A stretch of 11,991 nt of DNA from Candidatus Hodarchaeota archaeon (GTDB lineage Archaea > Asgardarchaeota > Heimdallarchaeia > Hodarchaeales > Hodarchaeaceae): assembly GCA_016840035.1 (NCBI GenBank), contig JAEOTC010000241.1:1-11991 (forward strand), read 5' to 3'. Below are positions 8,162-11,991 of the stretch, in pieces; positions within the stretch are counted from its first letter, which is position 1; every line of letters begins with the position of its first letter. The translations under genes and the position numbers were made by a program. The notes below the pieces were generated by a model. The model had not been told where the DNA came from. It ran no database searches and was given only the letters and a program-made list of their open reading frames with translations.

Positions 8162-8198
8162 TGAATGACAATCCAAATGTTTTTTCTGGAACACTGAT

Positions 8199-9362
8199 TT
8201 ATCTTATGAAACCGATAAAGTTCTTACCACGAAGTTCTAGTTCTTCATACTTTGTGGTTTTTTTAAACATGAGATTGAGTTGACCTACTGGGACGATATT
8301 TCTCAGTCGCATCACTTCCGCAAGGGCAAAAATATACTCCTCATTGACATTAATAATTTTCGCAATATCTTTCGCTTTCCCTTGTTTTCCTGAAAGGCAA
8401 TAGGCCTTTAGATTTGTCAATTTTGCTGTAAACGATAAAAGTTCCCCTTTTAAATACAGAAAAGCTACTGAATCGTCAGAAATCTCGCGAGCTTTCTTCA
8501 GAATATTGTTAAAGGTTATAATTGCACTCTTAGAACCACTATAATTGATATATTTGGAATCCCTTCCAACACCAACGACAACTACAGGATCGCTATAGAA
8601 GTGTTTCTTCTGGTTTTGTTGTTCATCTAATAATATAATGTCAGCTCTGGGAATCTTGAATGTTGCTGCATTTGATGGGTCTTTTAAATCAATGGATATT
8701 CTGACATCAAGCTCCTCATCGGGAAGAAATTCTCTGATCATATCCGTAATTTCTAATAGAAACTCTATTTGAGGTCCAATCAATATTATAGGGATATTGC
8801 TCATAAGACCAAAAAATAATGGAGTAAGGGGGTCTGAATACCTTGATTTTTCTTTTTTTTCTGGGAATAGCTTAAAAAGCCCAGTTAATCCAAACTCTAC
8901 TTCTTTCTCAGCGATTACTTCCGAACTTGGAGTTTCTTTAAACATTCCCCAGCCCTCTAGCTCTGCAATTAACTCAGGAGAGAGAGTTTGTCCATACTGG
9001 TACTTTGTCTCTAAAAGACCTCGAATCCGATGTGCTTTTTGTGAGAGAAGGGACGCATTCGCATAGAGGGAAGAATTATTTTCCTTTTGAACCACTGCAC
9101 TTAAAGTAATGACACGGAGCTCCCCAGTTTCTGTGCGTTGATTCAATGTGGTGTAATAGATAAATGAGATGATATTTTCATCTGGAAAAGGAATAATAGC
9201 TTCGCCTTCTAAATTTTCCGAAGAACTAGTCCGAACATTCGTGAGAGTAGAGACAACCGATTTGACAGCGATTTTCTTTGTCAGTACAGGATCCTTTATT
9301 GTTGTGAATACTGCAACAGGTCCCACTTTCTCATCAAAAGCGGATAATATTACATCAGCCAT
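8199..9362 (-). CDS. DENN-like protein (uDENN/longin domain + cDENN-like alpha/beta core + helical C-terminus)
   Basis: N-terminal VILSAFDEKVGPVAVF matches the hhhxxFDxxxGP hairpin of DENN/NPRL2/C9orf72/folliculin longin domains. It is followed by the strands EAIIPFP/IISFIYY and RVITLSAVV. LFFGLMSNIPIILIGP resembles the first helix-strand of cDENN. ATG at 9362 is preceded by GGATGA on the minus strand. Confidence 0.72.
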   Translation of the reverse strand: MADVILSAFDEKVGPVAVFTTIKDPVLTKKIAVKSVVSTLTNVRTSSSENLEGEAIIPFPDENIISFIYYTTLNQRTETGELRVITLSAVVQKENNSSLYANASLLSQKAHRIRGLLETKYQYGQTLSPELIAELEGWGMFKETPSSEVIAEKEVEFGLTGLFKLFPEKKEKSRYSDPLTPLFFGLMSNIPIILIGPQIEFLLEITDMIREFLPDEELDVRISIDLKDPSNAATFKIPRADIILLDEQQNQKKHFYSDPVVVVGVGRDSKYINYSGSKSAIITFNNILKKAREISDDSVAFLYLKGELLSFTAKLTNLKAYCLSGKQGKAKDIAKIINVNEEYIFALAEVMRLRNIVPVGQLNLMFKKTTKYEELELRGKNFIGFIR

Positions 9363-9392
9363 TTGTAGTGCTCATCCAGACATGAAAGTTTT

Positions 9393-9431
9393 CTTAATAT
9401 ATCATCTAGATTTTCATCTATAGATTATCTA
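9393..9431 (-). promoter_or_regulatory. Candidate TATA box (ATATATTAAG on the minus strand, 9402-9393) with adjacent ATCTA/TAGAT palindrome cluster upstream of the DENN-like gene
   Basis: AT-rich TATA-like element about 30 bp upstream of the ATG at 9362. Palindromes ATCTAGAT (9404-9411), ATCTATAGAT (9416-9425) and TAGAT-T-ATCTA (9421-9431). Function is inferred only. Confidence 0.35.
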
Positions 9432-9579
9432 TTGACTACTTTATATTAATATTCGCTAACACTCTATTGTTTTTGATATATTTCATCTGACAACAGGCTC
9501 AACAAAAGATAAATTAGGAGGAAATCTTGATATTTGGTATTAAAAGAAGCGATATTAATTCGATAAGATTGTTTTCATA

Positions 9580-10635
9580 TTATATATAATCATCTTTGAG
9601 TTTTTCCCATATTTTAAGAGCTTTATCTTTAGTTTTTGTGCCCCTAATTAAAGCATTTCCCCCACGAAATATCGTGACAACGATATCTTTATCAAACTTG
9701 AAAGAGAACGCAAGTTCACCCTGTTTTATGATATCAAAGTCCTTTTCTAACCGATTAATTGCGTGTTGTAGTGCGATAGCTTGTTTATGCTCTGGTACAA
9801 CCATAAACGAATCAGGTCCACAGAGCGCTAAAGAAGAATACCCTGTTTTCGGTTCTTCTACCAATAGGTCTTCTGAAGTTGAGCATACTTTACAATTAGA
9901 TGATTTTTGAATTGGAATCCTATTAAAGCTTATATTCTGAAGATCAACAAATAGTAGAGAATTATTAAGAGTTGTGTGACGATGGAGAAGAAAGTTTATT
10001 GCTTCATGAACTTGGAGTCCAGTTATTATTGCCAGAAGTGCTGGGTGTATGCCAGTTACATCACAGCTTTCAAGATCATCATCATTTACTTCATGATAAA
10101 GACAAGCAAGACAAGGAGCATCCTTAGATGAATTGAAAATTGCTACATTGCCAATTCTTCCACTCACTCCACAAAAAATGAAGGGAACTCCCCTTTTAAC
10201 ACATTCACGGCTAACAATGCGTCGTGTGTCAAAATTATCTAATCCATCGATAACTAAATCTATTCCCTCAAGTAAATCAGAAATATTACTGTTATTAATA
10301 TGACACGCGTGTGTATCTATTTCCATTGAAGGATTTAATTTTTTCAAATGCTTGGCTGCGATTTCTACTTTAGCGTGGTCTAAATCCTCTTCAGAATACA
10401 ACGGCGTTCTATGTAAATTTGTCTTTTCAATTATATCTCGGTCAACAATCCGAAGATAACCTACCCCCATTTCGGCTAGTAACAGTGTGGAGAAAGTTCC
10501 TAAACCACCTATACCTACAACCAAAACTTTTGCCTGTTTTATTTTTACTTGACCTGTTATACCAATATTGGGAAGAACAATCTGACGGGAATAATAGAGT
10601 TTCTCTTCTTCTGATAGCAATAGTTTAACTTCCAT
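9580..10635 (-). CDS. moeB: MoeB/ThiF/HesA family E1-like adenylyltransferase with a C-terminal TBP-like domain
   Basis: YSRQI, GIGGLG nucleotide-binding loop, DRDIIEKTNLHR, KVEIA, DGLDNFDTR, zinc-binding pairs CLAC and CKVC, and ESCDVTG. The extra C-terminal region LCGPDSFMVVP...VTIFRGGNALIRGTKTKDKALKIW is typical of MoeB/ThiF proteins fused to a cysteine-containing TBP-like domain. MoeB versus ThiF specificity cannot be determined from sequence alone. Confidence 0.9.
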   Translation of the reverse strand: MEVKLLLSEEEKLYYSRQIVLPNIGITGQVKIKQAKVLVVGIGGLGTFSTLLLAEMGVGYLRIVDRDIIEKTNLHRTPLYSEEDLDHAKVEIAAKHLKKLNPSMEIDTHACHINNSNISDLLEGIDLVIDGLDNFDTRRIVSRECVKRGVPFIFCGVSGRIGNVAIFNSSKDAPCLACLYHEVNDDDLESCDVTGIHPALLAIITGLQVHEAINFLLHRHTTLNNSLLFVDLQNISFNRIPIQKSSNCKVCSTSEDLLVEEPKTGYSSLALCGPDSFMVVPEHKQAIALQHAINRLEKDFDIIKQGELAFSFKFDKDIVVTIFRGGNALIRGTKTKDKALKIWEKLKDDYI

Positions 10636-10738
10636 TTTTCATTTTTTTAGGATGAATGGGGTAAGGAAAAACTGATCTTCATCTCTCGAATTAGAGAAAA
10701 TACTTCGGAGTTTAAAACCTCTTGGCCTGTGAATATGA
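10636..10738. promoter_or_regulatory. Divergent promoter region between the moeB-like and longin-like genes
   Basis: 103-bp gap between head-to-head genes. Contains a TTTAAAA TATA-like element near 10711-10717, about 22 bp before the longin ATG, and an inverted repeat TCTCT-N6-AGAGA (10682-10697). Confidence 0.45.
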
Positions 10739-11371
10739 ATGAATGACATGTCGTCAACTATTCACGCACTTAAGAACAAAATTATCAAAGATCTAAAGCA
10801 AAAGAGGATAGAAAATATTGATTATTGGCAACAATACTTAGTTTCTCTTTATATCATTCGAAAAACCGATGGAATTTGCTTATTCTCCCATCATTTTAAT
10901 TTGGGCTATATTTCCAATATTGAAAACCAACTTGTGGGAATGGGGTTCATAGCAATTGCAAATATGATGCAAGAAGTTGTTGACTCGAAATGTCAACTCC
11001 GGATGATTGATTTAGGTCAAAAAAAGGTTTTGTTGGAAGAACGTAAAAACGTAATTAGTGTGTTAATCACAACCAAATTCGTGAAGATTTTAAAGACAAA
11101 ATTAGCTGAATTTACGAATTATTTTACAAAAATATTTGAACTCCAGCAGCAAATTAATGAAAAAACATGTCTAGTTAGTCCAGAAGATTATGCTCTGACT
11201 GCAGAACTCGTCCCGCTAATATTCACCTCTCTACCAAGAAAACCGCTAGAACTGATCCCTTTAATCTTTAAAACTATTCAAAAGAATCCCGTAATCTCTC
11301 TAAATCATACAAAAGAAAATTCTAATTCTGAACCGCTTCAAATTACTAAAGCTGAAATTAAACTGCAATAA
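10739..11371 (+). CDS. Longin-like domain protein (Asgard type)
   Basis: LVSLYIIRKTDGICLFSHHF...NQLVGMGFIAIANMMQEV...LRMIDLGQKKVLLE...VISVLIT...LKTKLAEFTNYFTKIF gives the beta-beta-alpha-beta-beta-beta-alpha order and the hYIIxxxGxxLF pattern of longin/sedlin/adaptin-sigma-like folds. Alternative ATG at 10748. Confidence 0.72.
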   Translation: MNDMSSTIHALKNKIIKDLKQKRIENIDYWQQYLVSLYIIRKTDGICLFSHHFNLGYISNIENQLVGMGFIAIANMMQEVVDSKCQLRMIDLGQKKVLLEERKNVISVLITTKFVKILKTKLAEFTNYFTKIFELQQQINEKTCLVSPEDYALTAELVPLIFTSLPRKPLELIPLIFKTIQKNPVISLNHTKENSNSEPLQITKAEIKLQ

Positions 11372-11389
11372 ATTCAATCTGAGTTATCA

Positions 11390-11989
11390 TTACGAAAATT
11401 TGTTCCAAAAATCGTCGATATCTTTCAAAATATTCTTTGATACTAATTCCTGAGGTGAACGTTCATAGTAATAGGAGGGAAAGAAATCCGCATATCCAGG
11501 AGTTGCAAATCGTTGTCCAACAAATATTATTACTCCTTTATCTTCAATTGTTCTAATTAACCGCCCTGCTGCTTGGAAAGTGCGAGTTAGTCCGGGAAAC
11601 TTGTACGCATAAGCAAATCCATCACTATATCTTTCTTCATAATATTCACGAATTATTTCTCTTTCAAAGGATAATGAAGGAAGACTTGGACTTACTACAA
11701 ATACGCCATTTAACATTCCGGGAAAATCAAGACCTTCAGCAAAAATACCGGCTGTGACTGCAACTGCTAATACAAAAGATTTCGATTCAAGCTCCGAAAT
11801 GAAGTTTTTTCGCTCTTCATCATGCATTGGACCGAGTTGTTTGATTATTGTTAATCCTTTCACGGGTGAAAATCGTGAAACTACATCAGATGCAAATTTA
11901 AATGAAGGAAAGAAAGCAAAATACTTACCAGGTTTTTTTTGAACTGCAAAAATAATTAAATCGGCAATCTCTTGTAAATAGGTGTTCCG
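11390..11989 (-). CDS. Rad3/XPD/DinG-family SF2 DNA helicase, C-terminal RecA-like domain (5'-truncated by the window)
   Basis: The frame stays open past 11863 to the window edge (RNTYLQEIADLIIFAVQKKPGKYFAFFPSFKF...). Motif IV FAFFPSF, motif V GIFAEGLDFPG, motif VI QAAGRLIRxxEDKG, and QRF. Ends in TAA TGA TAA. Confidence 0.92.
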   Translation of the reverse strand, partial: RNTYLQEIADLIIFAVQKKPGKYFAFFPSFKFASDVVSRFSPVKGLTIIKQLGPMHDEERKNFISELESKSFVLAVAVTAGIFAEGLDFPGMLNGVFVVSPSLPSLSFEREIIREYYEERYSDGFAYAYKFPGLTRTFQAAGRLIRTIEDKGVIIFVGQRFATPGYADFFPSYYYERSPQELVSKNILKDIDDFWNKFS

Positions 11990-11991
11990 AC

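Noticed and set aside
10734-10750. ATGAATGA(ATGA)C at the starts of both the longin gene and the giant gene (5032-5024, minus strand)
   Set aside because: Short and AT-rich with only two instances; not distinguishable from chance.
11933-11940. Homopolymer runs (T8 here; another T run near 8853-8860) as frameshift or phase-variation sites
   Set aside because: Reading frames are intact through them (Lys codons), and such runs are expected in AT-rich DNA.
1439-11942. Short ORFs in the track (1439-1669, 3989-4180, 5189-5440, 5962-6219, 8080-8283, 8797-9066, 9169-9423, 9596-9910, 10419-10628, 11754-11942)
   Set aside because: All lie antisense to well-supported genes and show no recognisable motifs; they are shadow ORFs.
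1-11991. CRISPR arrays, tRNA/rRNA genes, IS elements and long DNA tandem repeats
   Set aside because: None recognised. Intergenic gaps are at most about 220 bp, AT-rich, and lack repeat-spacer or cloverleaf structure.

Overview
AT-rich, gene-dense window that most likely comes from an Asgard archaeon. This is inferred from two eukaryotic-signature-type genes (DENN-like and longin-like) and a giant TrmB-like coiled-coil protein set among prokaryotic housekeeping genes. Nine CDSs are supported. (1) The 3' part of a divergent aldehyde:ferredoxin oxidoreductase-like gene, open from base 1. (2) A 1393-aa protein with a TrmB-type winged-helix N-terminus, about 1,180 aa of amphipathic helix/coiled coil and a TrmB/PLD-like C-terminal domain. 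(3) YggS/PLPBP. (4) A DegT/DnrJ/EryC1/StrS aminotransferase. (5) An unknown protein with an HTH-like segment inside a coiled coil. (6) A DENN-like (uDENN/longin + cDENN) protein. (7) A MoeB/ThiF E1-like adenylyltransferase with a C-terminal TBP-like domain. (8) A longin-like protein. (9) The 3' part of a Rad3/XPD/DinG helicase. No RNA genes, CRISPR arrays or mobile elements were recognised. The best leads are the hugely expanded TrmB-like rod protein and the DENN/unknown/E1/longin cluster. All family calls are from motif recognition by eye; no searches were run.
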